A DNA stretch of 34,134 bases, from positions 1 through 34,134 of the forward strand of contig JBDRBF010000065.1 of the NCBI GenBank assembly GCA_043822925.1, given 5' to 3'. Below are positions 20,959 through 29,815 of this stretch, piece by piece (the first letter of the stretch is position 1; every line of letters begins with the position of its first letter). This DNA is from a bacterium. Its GTDB lineage: Bacteria > Babelota > Babeliae > Babelales > RVW-14. The position numbers and the translations under genes were made by a program. The notes beneath the pieces were generated by a model. That model saw nothing but the letters and a program-made list of their open reading frames with translations, searched no databases and was not told the origin of the DNA.

Positions 20959-22122
20959 TTATAGCGTGGCGACCCAGGCTATAGCTAGGGTAAGTCCAAA
21001 AGAGAGTTGAAAGTCCAAGAAGAATAGTTGCATAGGGTTTACAAGTAAGATAACAAGCGCAAGTAATGAGAGAATATGTAAAAAACTTGTTTGCCGGTAT
21101 AGCAGTGCGCCAACTTGTAAAAGTAAAAAAGTAAAATATGCACGTGAAAATGGGATGCTTGGCCAACTAAACATGCTGTATAGAACGCACATAAGTAAAA
21201 GCAAAATTCTTTTAAGTACCAGGTGTATGGGTATTAAACGTAAAAAATATCGCCAGATAATAACAAAAAGAGAGATATGCAGGCCTGCACGTGCTAGATA
21301 GTGGGCAAGGCCCCAATAGTTAAATGTTTTTCTGATACCATTGTTTTCATGTTGTGGCAGTTGCTTATTACCTAAGAATATAAGCGAAAAATAATAGCTA
21401 CTTGTACGAGATAATTTGTTTTTTATGCGTGTGTACAGATTGTTTCTGGTGTTCCAGAACCAGCGAGAAAGAGAGAGACGGGGGCGATAGAGTTGTTTAA
21501 TTTCGATATTTTTGTTTGCAGTAAAAACAGTTGTGAATATTTTCTCTTTAAATAAATAATCAGAGAATGCTGGGTTGCCGGACAAGTTTTCTTGGATTTC
21601 TGTTTTGATTGGTACGTTTGTTATTTCTATGGTGTCTGCTGGGAGCATTTGTGTTTTGAGTTGTACGTATAACTGTATGTTAAATTTTTGTAAATAATAA
21701 TTCTTATGATTAGTTATATGAGCTTCAGGTAATAGTGGTACGTGAAATTTTTCTTGCGGGTGAATTTTTTTGACAGAAATCGTGAGTATTTCTTGGTAAA
21801 ACGCTGAGTCTGCATACTCTTTATTGGTTATGGTGCCTATAAGTGAAAGCGTTTTATTTTCATATTTTTTGTGTAAATTTTCAAAATCTGTTTTTTGAAG
21901 TTCGAGAGTGAGGGCTCCTGTTGTCGCAAAGAGTAGTGCAAGTATTACTTGTGTTGCGAGCTTTTGCGTGTGTATGAGCAAAGCTATTATTATTAAGCTT
22001 ATAATTGTGATAATTAAAATACGTGCTTGTATGCAAAATATAGCTTGCGCGTAAATGCCAAGTATAAGTCCAGCTAGTGGGAGATAAAATATGGATAAGC
22101 GTGTTTGTTTCTTGGCGTTCAC
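20959..22122 (-). CDS. comEC: ComEC/Rec2-family competence membrane protein without a C-terminal MBL domain
   Basis: GLAHYLARAGLHIS, NPMQLFFLDFQLSF, N-terminal TM helices plus an OB-like region. Confidence 0.82.
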   Translation of the reverse strand: MNAKKQTRLSIFYLPLAGLILGIYAQAIFCIQARILIITIISLIIIALLIHTQKLATQVILALLFATTGALTLELQKTDFENLHKKYENKTLSLIGTITNKEYADSAFYQEILTISVKKIHPQEKFHVPLLPEAHITNHKNYYLQKFNIQLYVQLKTQMLPADTIEITNVPIKTEIQENLSGNPAFSDYLFKEKIFTTVFTANKNIEIKQLYRPRLSLSRWFWNTRNNLYTRIKNKLSRTSSYYFSLIFLGNKQLPQHENNGIRKTFNYWGLAHYLARAGLHISLFVIIWRYFLRLIPIHLVLKRILLLLMCVLYSMFSWPSIPFSRAYFTFLLLQVGALLYRQTSFLHILSLLALVILLVNPMQLFFLDFQLSFGLTLAIAWVATL

Positions 22123-22125
22123 GGT

Positions 22126-22392
22126 TTATCTTATAATCTCTATTGATTGCTTAAGAATCTCGACTATTTCGCCTGTGTTTTTTTGAATTAATACTGAATG
22201 TTGATAGATATGGATAATGGTTCCAGAAATATTGCCATGTGCTTGTACCCATGTGCCCGGTGTTAAGTTAGTGGCCAGAATGCGTAGTTTTTTGTCTAAT
22301 AATCTTTGGGGTTTGATAATCAGTAAGTATGTTGCCAAGCTCAATATAAAAGAACTTAAAGTATAATAGATAAGTGTATTATGTATCATCAT
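22126..22392 (-). CDS. yajC: Divergent preprotein translocase subunit YajC
   Basis: Single TM, then IIKPQR...NLTPGTWVQAHGNISGTI (compare L.kGD.V.T.GGI.G.I); 88 aa. Confidence 0.65.
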   Translation of the reverse strand: MMIHNTLIYYTLSSFILSLATYLLIIKPQRLLDKKLRILATNLTPGTWVQAHGNISGTIIHIYQHSVLIQKNTGEIVEILKQSIEIIR

Positions 22393-22580
22393 GATTAAAC
22401 TACCGGAGTAATTTTGGGTTAAAAACGTGTTATTTTACGCGTTTAGACAGGATATAAAATGTGCCATTTAAAGCAATTAAAATAAGCTTTTTTTAACTTC
22501 GGCTGGCGATAAAGCTATGGTACATTTGTGTTTTAGGTATATTTTTTGACGGTGTTTACTTAAAAAAGGGTATATGTTTT

Positions 22581-23912
22581 ATGAAAATACAAAAAATTAC
22601 GGCGCGTGAGATTCTTGATTCTCGTGGTTTTCCAACGGTCGAGTGCTGTCTTGAGTTGGGCGATGAGGGTTCTCATAATCGTAAAGTCTGGTCAAGTGTG
22701 CCGTCTGGCGCTTCTGTTGGTCAATTTGAAGCGATAGAATTACGTGATGGCGATATGAGCCGTTTTGGTGGCAAAGGGGTACTTAAAGCTATATATAATA
22801 TAGAGCAGGTTATAGCCCCTGGGCTTATTGGCAAAGCTCCCGATATTTTAACTACAGACAAATATCTTATTGAGCTTGATGGCACAGAAAATAAATCTAA
22901 ACTCGGCGCTAACGCTTTGTTGGCCGTGAGTATGGCTGTTGCCCGCGCTCAGGCGCTGTGCGCAAATCAGCCGTTATTTAAATTATTAAACGATGTTTTT
23001 TGCAAGAGAGCTTGTAAGAGCGCTCACCCTGCCGTGCCCGGCGTAGCTTCACGCGAAGCCTGGGAGTTTGTCGAAGGGGCTCTGGTTATGCCAACCTGTA
23101 TGTATAATATTATAAATGGAGGGGCACATGCTGATTCAGGCATTACGTTTCAAGAATTTATGATCATGCCAAAAAATCAAAAAACAGTTGCTGACAGTGT
23201 GCGCATAGCAAGCACGGTATATCATGAGCTTAAAAAGATTTTAAAAGAAGCTGGATATTCAACAAATATTGGTGATGAAGGTGGTTTTGCGCCACGTATT
23301 TTGGGTAACGGGTTAGAGAAAGAACTTACTGCACTTAAATTATTGGTTAAAGCAATAAAACAGGCTGGTTTTTCAGAGAAAGAAGTTGTTTTGTGCTTAG
23401 ATGTTGCAGCTTCTCAGTTTTATGATAACAAGAAGCAGGTCTATATTATTGATGGCAAGCCTATGCAACCAAAAGAACTGGTCGCTTTTTATGTTAAATT
23501 AGTAGCAGAGTTCCCATTATATTCTATAGAAGATGGCATGAGCGAAGATGATGCTGTTGGCTGGCAGTTGCTTACAAAAGAATTAGGCCACAAGGTACAA
23601 ATTGTTGGTGACGATATTTTTGTAACAAATAAGTCACGCATTCAAGCTGGAATTAATGATAAAATTGCTAATTCTGTACTTATCAAGCTGAATCAAATAG
23701 GCACCGTTACTGAAACGTGGCAGGCAATAAAATTAAGCAAAGATAATAATTATACGACCGTTGTCTCTCATAGATCTGGCGAAACGAACGATTCGTTTAT
23801 AGCCGACTTAGTTGTTGGATGCGCTGCAGGACAGATTAAGGCTGGCGCGCCGGCGCGTGGGGAACGTGTTGCGAAATATAATCGCCTAATGGAAATTGAA
23901 AAAAGCCTGTAG
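22581..23912 (+). CDS. eno: Enolase with an in-frame palindromic-element insertion
   Basis: REILDSRGFPTVE, VPSGASVG, GDEGGFAP, SIEDG, VGDD, VSHRSGET, IKAG. Confidence 0.98.
   Translation: MKIQKITAREILDSRGFPTVECCLELGDEGSHNRKVWSSVPSGASVGQFEAIELRDGDMSRFGGKGVLKAIYNIEQVIAPGLIGKAPDILTTDKYLIELDGTENKSKLGANALLAVSMAVARAQALCANQPLFKLLNDVFCKRACKSAHPAVPGVASREAWEFVEGALVMPTCMYNIINGGAHADSGITFQEFMIMPKNQKTVADSVRIASTVYHELKKILKEAGYSTNIGDEGGFAPRILGNGLEKELTALKLLVKAIKQAGFSEKEVVLCLDVAASQFYDNKKQVYIIDGKPMQPKELVAFYVKLVAEFPLYSIEDGMSEDDAVGWQLLTKELGHKVQIVGDDIFVTNKSRIQAGINDKIANSVLIKLNQIGTVTETWQAIKLSKDNNYTTVVSHRSGETNDSFIADLVVGCAAGQIKAGAPARGERVAKYNRLMEIEKSL
23021..23079 (+). repeat. Nested palindromic element inside the eno coding sequence
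   Basis: CGCTCACCCTG[CCGTGCCCGGCGTAGCTTCACGCGAAGCCTGGG]AGTTTGTCGAAGGGG; the inner 33 bp is frame-preserving with a GCTTC/GAAGC stem. Confidence 0.8.
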
Positions 23913-24030
23913 AAATCAGTGTTTTAGTGCCCCCCCCCCATTTGATAATTTTATACAGACATATACACTTATTCTGTAAGACGTATGTGTCTTTTTTCTT
24001 TGGGGGACTTTATTTAATGGGGGATCTATT

Positions 24031-24681
24031 ATGGTATCTGTACGTAATTTGAGACTTTTGCAGTTAGCATTGGTTTCTTCTTTTTTAATACTTGGGTCTT
24101 CTGTGCATGCAACAAAACTGGTTTCAGACTCAAGCGATGTATCTACTCAGACATTTAGTCAACAAGAACTTAATAAAATAGTTGCAGAAGAGCTTGTTGT
24201 AAATTCGCCGATAAGCTCTCCAGGAGATATGGAAAGCTTTCTTGCTCAACATAGTGTTATTAGAAAAGAACTGTCTAAATATAATGTTACTGGATACTCG
24301 TCTTGTCTTGATGGGAATTTTGCATTTTTCTTTAACAGACAGAATCCAGTGTTTTGGGTTAATTTTAAAGATGATAGCGGAACTGTAATGTCAAAACGTT
24401 ATCAGGCTGCTATTTGGTCGTTTGGTTTAAAGTTTGAGTTGGCTTTTAAGTTAGACTTTATCTTCTTAGTGAATACAGATTCTTGTTTTTATAATATAGA
24501 AAAACCAATCAATTTAAGTTGCGGTGTGGACGTAAATGCAAGTTTTGGTCTAGGGTTTACTTTTACTTATGTTCCATTTGCAGATGTTTCTGGTGGTATG
24601 ATTATTATTGGAGTGCCAATAACACCTAGTATCCTAAGTTATAGTATTGTTACTGGTGGATCGTTGACTCCTCTCGCGTAA
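24031..24681 (+). CDS. Hypothetical secreted protein with a beta-rich C-terminal half
   Basis: GGGGGA RBS; signal peptide ending SVHA; 216 aa. Confidence 0.75.
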   Translation: MVSVRNLRLLQLALVSSFLILGSSVHATKLVSDSSDVSTQTFSQQELNKIVAEELVVNSPISSPGDMESFLAQHSVIRKELSKYNVTGYSSCLDGNFAFFFNRQNPVFWVNFKDDSGTVMSKRYQAAIWSFGLKFELAFKLDFIFLVNTDSCFYNIEKPINLSCGVDVNASFGLGFTFTYVPFADVSGGMIIIGVPITPSILSYSIVTGGSLTPLA

Positions 24682-24724
24682 CTTCGGTTAATTTCTTGAA
24701 AATAAAAGAAGAGTGCTTGTTCTA

Positions 24725-24744
24725 GAGGTTTTCTAGAAAACCTC
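24725..24744. repeat. Perfect 20-bp palindrome
   Basis: GAGGTTTTCTAGAAAACCTC is its own reverse complement; intergenic. Confidence 0.6.
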
Positions 24745-24761
24745 AGAGCGCTGTCTAAATT

Positions 24762-24805
24762 AAAAGAGGCCTGTAGATGTAAAAAACTATGGACCTCTTT
24801 TTTTT
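24762..24805 (+). terminator. Intrinsic terminator-like hairpin
   Basis: AAAAGAGGCC...GGACCTCTTTTTTTT. Confidence 0.55.
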
Positions 24806-24825
24806 GTTAAAAAATAGAAGAAATA

Positions 24826-25087
24826 TTACAGGAGTAAGATTTTTGTGGTTTTTAATTGCAAAAGCTGATACAAGATTTATAAGTGATGTATCAGCTTTGA
24901 AGAACTTGGACGATATATGGCAAAACAACTTGCAGATAGCTAAGGCAAGCAAGCGATGAGCATGAGAGACCTTGAAGAACGAATGATGAAATATATAGAA
25001 TTAAGATGCAAGCCGCCGCAAGAGATTCGGTCATCAGGAAGTTCAGCCTGGCCGCTTGTATTTTTCTTAAAAATTCTTGAAAAATAG
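24826..25087 (+). pseudogene. Degraded paralog of the downstream 25161-25760 gene
   Basis: YMAKQLADS*GKQAMSMRDLEERMMKYIE...GSSAWPLV versus FIAKQLAISPVLNVKNLEDNLRSYIE...GSNFWRYI. SDVSA (other frame) versus SDVPA. Same TTACAGGAG RBS context. Confidence 0.7.
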
Positions 25088-25160
25088 TTTTGAGATAATT
25101 TTGAGTTTATCCGTATTTGTGATAATAGGCGTGTTGGTTTGAGAAATTTACAGGAGCTTT

Positions 25161-25760
25161 GTGATGTCGTTTTTATGCAGTATGAGAATGTTTCAATCTT
25201 TGCTTTTTTCTTTGTGCTTATTGGTTGGCTATTCAGTAAAGGCTAAAAATATAGTTACCAGTGATGTGCCTGCTCAAGCACAGGACGCTATCGGCATGCC
25301 GTTGAGTGATGTTGATATGCAAAAGCTTTCGCTTAAGGTTGAAGAATTTATAGCCAAGCAGCTTGCAATTAGTCCTGTATTAAACGTGAAAAATCTTGAA
25401 GATAACTTAAGAAGTTATATCGAAGAAAAAATGAAGAACGTACGTGTTGGTAACGTAAGAGGCAGTAATTTCTGGAGATATATAGCGCTTGTTGCTGGTG
25501 GAGTTACTATTTTGACCCTAATATATACGTTTATCAAGTTGAATGAGATCTCTCAATTGCAGGAAAAAGTAGAAAAACTTGAAAAGACTATTGAGCAAAA
25601 TACACAAGATTGTAAGCGATTGAGCGAAACACAGAAACAACCTGATGTTGTTGAGCAACTTTTATCAGGATTGCTAAGAAAAATGCCTATAGATGCAAAG
25701 TTCCTTGTAGGTGCTGGGTTAGATGAGAAAATTTTTAATCCTGGTAATTTTATAAATTAG
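25161..25760 (+). CDS. Hypothetical membrane protein (signal peptide, TM, coiled coil)
   Basis: AGGAG RBS; YIALVAGGVTILTLIYTFI TM; QLQEKVEKLEKTIEQ heptads. Confidence 0.75.
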   Translation: MMSFLCSMRMFQSLLFSLCLLVGYSVKAKNIVTSDVPAQAQDAIGMPLSDVDMQKLSLKVEEFIAKQLAISPVLNVKNLEDNLRSYIEEKMKNVRVGNVRGSNFWRYIALVAGGVTILTLIYTFIKLNEISQLQEKVEKLEKTIEQNTQDCKRLSETQKQPDVVEQLLSGLLRKMPIDAKFLVGAGLDEKIFNPGNFIN

Positions 25761-25791
25761 AGAAAAATAAATATAGAAGATTTTTAATCTA

Positions 25792-25836
25792 ACAAAAAAG
25801 AGGTCTGGATATTTTGTCTCCAGACCTCTTTTTTGT
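25792..25836. terminator. Bidirectional intrinsic terminator between convergent genes
   Basis: ACAAAAAAGAGGTCTGGA...TCCAGACCTCTTTTTTGT. Confidence 0.85.
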
Positions 25837-25861
25837 GTGGGTGTTAACGAGATACTTTTTT

Positions 25862-25890
25862 TTGTCATCCTGGACTTGATCCAGGATCCA
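25862..25890 (+). repeat. Palindromic element family C
   Basis: TTGTCATCCTGGACTTGATCCAGGATCCA hairpin; relatives at 17926-17954, 27163-27187, 2924-2935 and 32182-32191. Confidence 0.75.
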
Positions 25891-25902
25891 AGCCGTTTGT
25901 TC

Positions 25903-27144
25903 TTAGGTGTTTTTTTTATCTAATTCTTTCTTAAATATAAATAACAAAGTAACCGCGCAAAAAGCAACAATACTTGTAAAATAAAGTGCGATGTTTGATC
26001 CCATATATTGCCAAAGTAGGCCGATAGTTGCTCCAGCAGCTAAAACTATTATTCCTGTAATAGTATCAAAAACACCCAGTGCCGTAGCGCGTATATGGGC
26101 TGGTATCAGGTCAGAAGCAAATGCTTTGTGGTTAACTTTAATAATTGCCAGTGTTATGCCATACAAAATAAATAATAAAATAAGTGATGTGAGAGATTGT
26201 GCGAAAGCAAAACTAAGCGTTAGACTTGCAAACAAAAAGTAGCCAAACACGAGTAATTTCCAGCGGCCAATTTTGTCTGATAGTGCGCCAATCGGTATAG
26301 CAAAAATGGTGTAAGAAATATTAAAAAGCACGTAAAGCAAGATAGGTGTTACGGTTGATGGTGAGTTGGGTAAAAGTTTTTGGGCTTTGATAATAAAGAA
26401 CATATAACTTAGGTTTGAGAGTGAAAAGATGCTCGCGATAATCGTGAATGTTTTAAACGCTGGTGTTAGTTGTGAGAATGTTATTTTTTGTTCTTGGGCG
26501 TGTGTCTGCTGGTTTTTGGTTGGCGTAGGTGTTTGCTCATGGGCATTTGTGTTTTCTTGTATTTGCATGTGAGTATTTTCTTGTACCCATAATAATGGAA
26601 TAAGTGAAAGTAGGGCGATAGCGGCGGAACATAAAATAATCGTCTGAAAATTAATGTGCCAGTGCCAGAGCATAAAGAACACGACGAGTGATCCCAAAAT
26701 GGCACCAATAGTATCAAGTGCTCGGTGCACGCCAAATCCCAACCCCTTATTATTTGAAGACGATTCAGCAATAAGCGCATCGCGTGGTGCTGTGCGCAGC
26801 GCTTTGCCAATACGCTCAAGGCCAACAAGACTAAATATAAATATCCAGGATTGCGCAAGAGCGAGAAAGAGTTTAAAAAATGCCGATGTGCCGTAGCCTA
26901 AGTAAATAAAAATTTTTCTTTTGCCTATTTTGTCTGATGTATAACCTGCAAAAAGTTGCAAGATGTTTGCAAAACCCTCACGTACTCCGCCGATTAAGCC
27001 TATAGCTAGGCCTGCGCCTCCTAGTTGTGTAATCAAAAGTGGGAGTATGGGGGTGATCATTTCGCTACTTAGGTCATTAAGTAGGCTTGAGCTCCCGAGT
27101 AACAGAATGTTTTTAGGAACATTTTGCTCTTTTATGTTAAGCAT
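25903..27144 (-). CDS. MFS transporter
   Basis: NDLSSEMITPILP, GYTSDKIGKRK, ERIGKALRTAPRDALIA, GALSDKIGRW; about 12 TM segments. Confidence 0.93.
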   Translation of the reverse strand: MLNIKEQNVPKNILLLGSSSLLNDLSSEMITPILPLLITQLGGAGLAIGLIGGVREGFANILQLFAGYTSDKIGKRKIFIYLGYGTSAFFKLFLALAQSWIFIFSLVGLERIGKALRTAPRDALIAESSSNNKGLGFGVHRALDTIGAILGSLVVFFMLWHWHINFQTIILCSAAIALLSLIPLLWVQENTHMQIQENTNAHEQTPTPTKNQQTHAQEQKITFSQLTPAFKTFTIIASIFSLSNLSYMFFIIKAQKLLPNSPSTVTPILLYVLFNISYTIFAIPIGALSDKIGRWKLLVFGYFLFASLTLSFAFAQSLTSLILLFILYGITLAIIKVNHKAFASDLIPAHIRATALGVFDTITGIIVLAAGATIGLLWQYMGSNIALYFTSIVAFCAVTLLFIFKKELDKKNT

Positions 27145-27306
27145 TTTTTCTTTCTTGGTTTCTTGTCATTTTGAACTTGATTTAGACTTAAGAGCCTTGT
27201 TTTTATTACTATAATTACATTGATAATAAAAAAACAAGATTACTCAAAGAAAAGCTGTTAAGTATTTATTTTTATGGCATTATTCAGAGCTAACAATGTG
27301 TAGCGG

Positions 27307-28017
27307 GTGAGCAAGTTTTATTTTTTCAAGAAAGTTTTGAGTGTGAGTATTATTTGTAAAGTTTTATTTGTTTTATTTATATTTGGCGTCATGAGTTCTG
27401 GAATCCATTCTATGCAAAAAGATACAGCTAAAAAAATAGAAAAAAAACTTTCGCTATTTTTTTTCTGGTTTGGTGACGTTTTGATTAAAAAGTTTGAAGA
27501 TTTTGAAGATTTTGAAGCTTTGAAAGATGTAAATTTAAGTGAAGACATAAAAAGGATTAAGTCGGTGAAGAATTTTTTTAAAAAGGAACTGGCCCGTTTT
27601 GAGGTTGCTTGTTTTGCTTTTAATGTATTTATAAATAAAATCAAACCAAGAGAATTTGGTTTGATTTGTGATCAAGAGCGAGAATGCTTTGATTTGATGA
27701 GTGATGATGTTTTGATTAAAAAAGAGATGTTTTATAAAGATTTTATGTCTATTTTTAGACAGGAAGCTGATCGTTTAAATTTTAAAGAGATTTTGTGCAA
27801 TTTGAGGTCCCATTTTGGGATTTTTTTTAACGCACAACGAGCGAGGCTTAGCCTGTTATTTGAGGTGTTTGATGCTTATTTAGAAGAGCGAGATGTGCGG
27901 TTGACTGAAGGCTTAATAAGTGGCACTTCAAAACCACAGAGCGATATATCTTTAGGCGAAGATGGATCTGAGGGGGAGCAAGGTGATGAAGTATATGGGG
28001 AAGGGGTTTGTTTGTAG
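27307..28017 (+). CDS. Hypothetical secreted protein with an acidic tail
   Basis: Hydrophobic leader ending GIHS-MQK; 236 aa. Confidence 0.7.
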   Translation: MSKFYFFKKVLSVSIICKVLFVLFIFGVMSSGIHSMQKDTAKKIEKKLSLFFFWFGDVLIKKFEDFEDFEALKDVNLSEDIKRIKSVKNFFKKELARFEVACFAFNVFINKIKPREFGLICDQERECFDLMSDDVLIKKEMFYKDFMSIFRQEADRLNFKEILCNLRSHFGIFFNAQRARLSLLFEVFDAYLEERDVRLTEGLISGTSKPQSDISLGEDGSEGEQGDEVYGEGVCL

Positions 28018-28100
28018 TCTGGGCTATTATTGAGCTTTTATTCACAAAGAGTTCTGTTTTTACACGTTTTTAAACATTATTATTTATGAGGAAACATTTT

Positions 28101-28538
28101 ATGAAAACTATCGCAAAAATTTTATTGGGTGTTGTTTTAATGAGTTGCGTTGTTTTTTCAGTGCAGGCTACAAAACGATATGGGAAATTTGTTGAACCAA
28201 AGACGTGTGTTGAGGTGGCAATTGAAAAAATTTGCATGATTTTGCAAGAATTTAAAGAGTTTCCTGAGCGCATTGCGCGTATAACTCAAGACCTTGAGTT
28301 ATGCATGGGTAAATTAAAAAAAGAAAAAGAATACGATCTTCTTAATTGGAGTTGTTGTTATATGACAAGTGAGTTTGTGGCTAAGTTTACATCGGAACAG
28401 GTTTATGAGTGCTTTTTTAAGGCTATTAAGTTGTTAAAGATAGATGTAAAAAGTCTTAAAGAGATAAAAAATACTGCGCAGGAAAATAATTATGAACAGG
28501 TGTCTAACTTTTTTAAAGAATATATCATAAAGAATTAG
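28101..28538 (+). CDS. Hypothetical secreted protein
   Basis: GAGG RBS before the ATG at 28101; signal peptide ending SVQA. Confidence 0.7.
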   Translation: MKTIAKILLGVVLMSCVVFSVQATKRYGKFVEPKTCVEVAIEKICMILQEFKEFPERIARITQDLELCMGKLKKEKEYDLLNWSCCYMTSEFVAKFTSEQVYECFFKAIKLLKIDVKSLKEIKNTAQENNYEQVSNFFKEYIIKN

Positions 28539-28604
28539 TGTTGTTTTTTTGGACCAAGACCCGCTTGATCGTGAATTTTGTTGTTTGAAAAAAGGGGAAA
28601 AGAG

Positions 28605-29786
28605 ATGTGGTCTAAGCTTTTTGTAATAGTTTTTTGTTTTATGGTTAGTGGATTTAGTGATAGCGAGCTTTTTGGTCGTTCACGTAAAAAGTGTGAGCCG
28701 TGCAAAATGGTAGTTATTGCTCCTGTTGCTGATGTGCGGGTAAAAGCTGAGCCGGTAAAAAAAGGGGTCATAGCTCCTGCGCTTTCAGGTGATATTGGTG
28801 GGCAGTTAACGCAGGTTTTTTTAGGCGACCATGTTTTGGGAACTAATATTCCTGGTAAAAAAAAGTGGATGAGCGTCGATGTTCTTGGGCAAAAAGTTTT
28901 TACAAATAAAAAAACGCTTACAGATAAAGACACGTTTGTTCCATTAACTGGGTTTATGAAAAAGTCCCAGCTTGCTCAAGTATCAGATTTTTTGCAGCAT
29001 ACTATTGTGCTGCGTAATTTATGGACGCCGCTTTATAAACGCCCAGATGTGAAAAGTAAGATTTTAAAGCATGTGTGCATGGGAACGGTTCTGGGGGCAA
29101 AAAAATTTAATGGTAATTGGCTTGTCGCGTTTGTTGGGAATAAAAAATATTATCTTACCTGGCCTGCAGGCATTGGTGTTTTGCATGAGTTTAATCAAGA
29201 TAGTGATATTTCAAAAAAAATAGACGCGTTACGTAATAATATTATTAAGACAGCGTTACAGCTTGTTGGTACGCCGTATGTTTTGGGTGGCAGAAGTGGG
29301 GCTGGGAATATGGCGGGGCAAATTCTGGGTATAGATTGTTCAAAGTTTACAAGTTTGGCGTATCTAGCTGGCGCAGGTCTGACTATCCCGTGCAATTCGA
29401 CGTCTCAAAAATGCGCATGTACTCAGCTGCTTACAGGCGCAGATTTAAAGCCTGCTGATTTAATATTCTTTCACGATGATACGTGTAAAAGTATAAATCA
29501 CGTTGCTTTGTATTTGGGCGATGGCATGATGCTTGAAAGTGCTATCCCAACAAAAGAGGTTATATATTTCGCGCAAGACGCAAAGAAATATGGAGTTGAC
29601 CTAAAAGATTGCTGTGTGAAAAAAATATCGGTAAAAGAGAGAATTGGCGTTGATGTTAAAAAAATCAAAAATGGCAAAACGCGGGCTCTTGATGGCCGGC
29701 GTATTATGCTTGGGTCTCTTTTGAATTCTGAAGAAAAAATAAAAAAAATGCGCTTGCTTGCCTGTGGGCGTGATGTTAGTTGGTAA
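28605..29786 (+). CDS. NlpC/P60 (C40) peptidase with SH3b-like N-terminal domains, YkfC-like
   Basis: VIAPVADVR, GTPYVLGG, GIDCSKFT, PADLIFF, HVALYLGDG. Confidence 0.9.
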   Translation: MWSKLFVIVFCFMVSGFSDSELFGRSRKKCEPCKMVVIAPVADVRVKAEPVKKGVIAPALSGDIGGQLTQVFLGDHVLGTNIPGKKKWMSVDVLGQKVFTNKKTLTDKDTFVPLTGFMKKSQLAQVSDFLQHTIVLRNLWTPLYKRPDVKSKILKHVCMGTVLGAKKFNGNWLVAFVGNKKYYLTWPAGIGVLHEFNQDSDISKKIDALRNNIIKTALQLVGTPYVLGGRSGAGNMAGQILGIDCSKFTSLAYLAGAGLTIPCNSTSQKCACTQLLTGADLKPADLIFFHDDTCKSINHVALYLGDGMMLESAIPTKEVIYFAQDAKKYGVDLKDCCVKKISVKERIGVDVKKIKNGKTRALDGRRIMLGSLLNSEEKIKKMRLLACGRDVSW

Positions 29787-29815
29787 AAACTTTAGGAAAT
29801 TGCGTGGTTAGAGAT

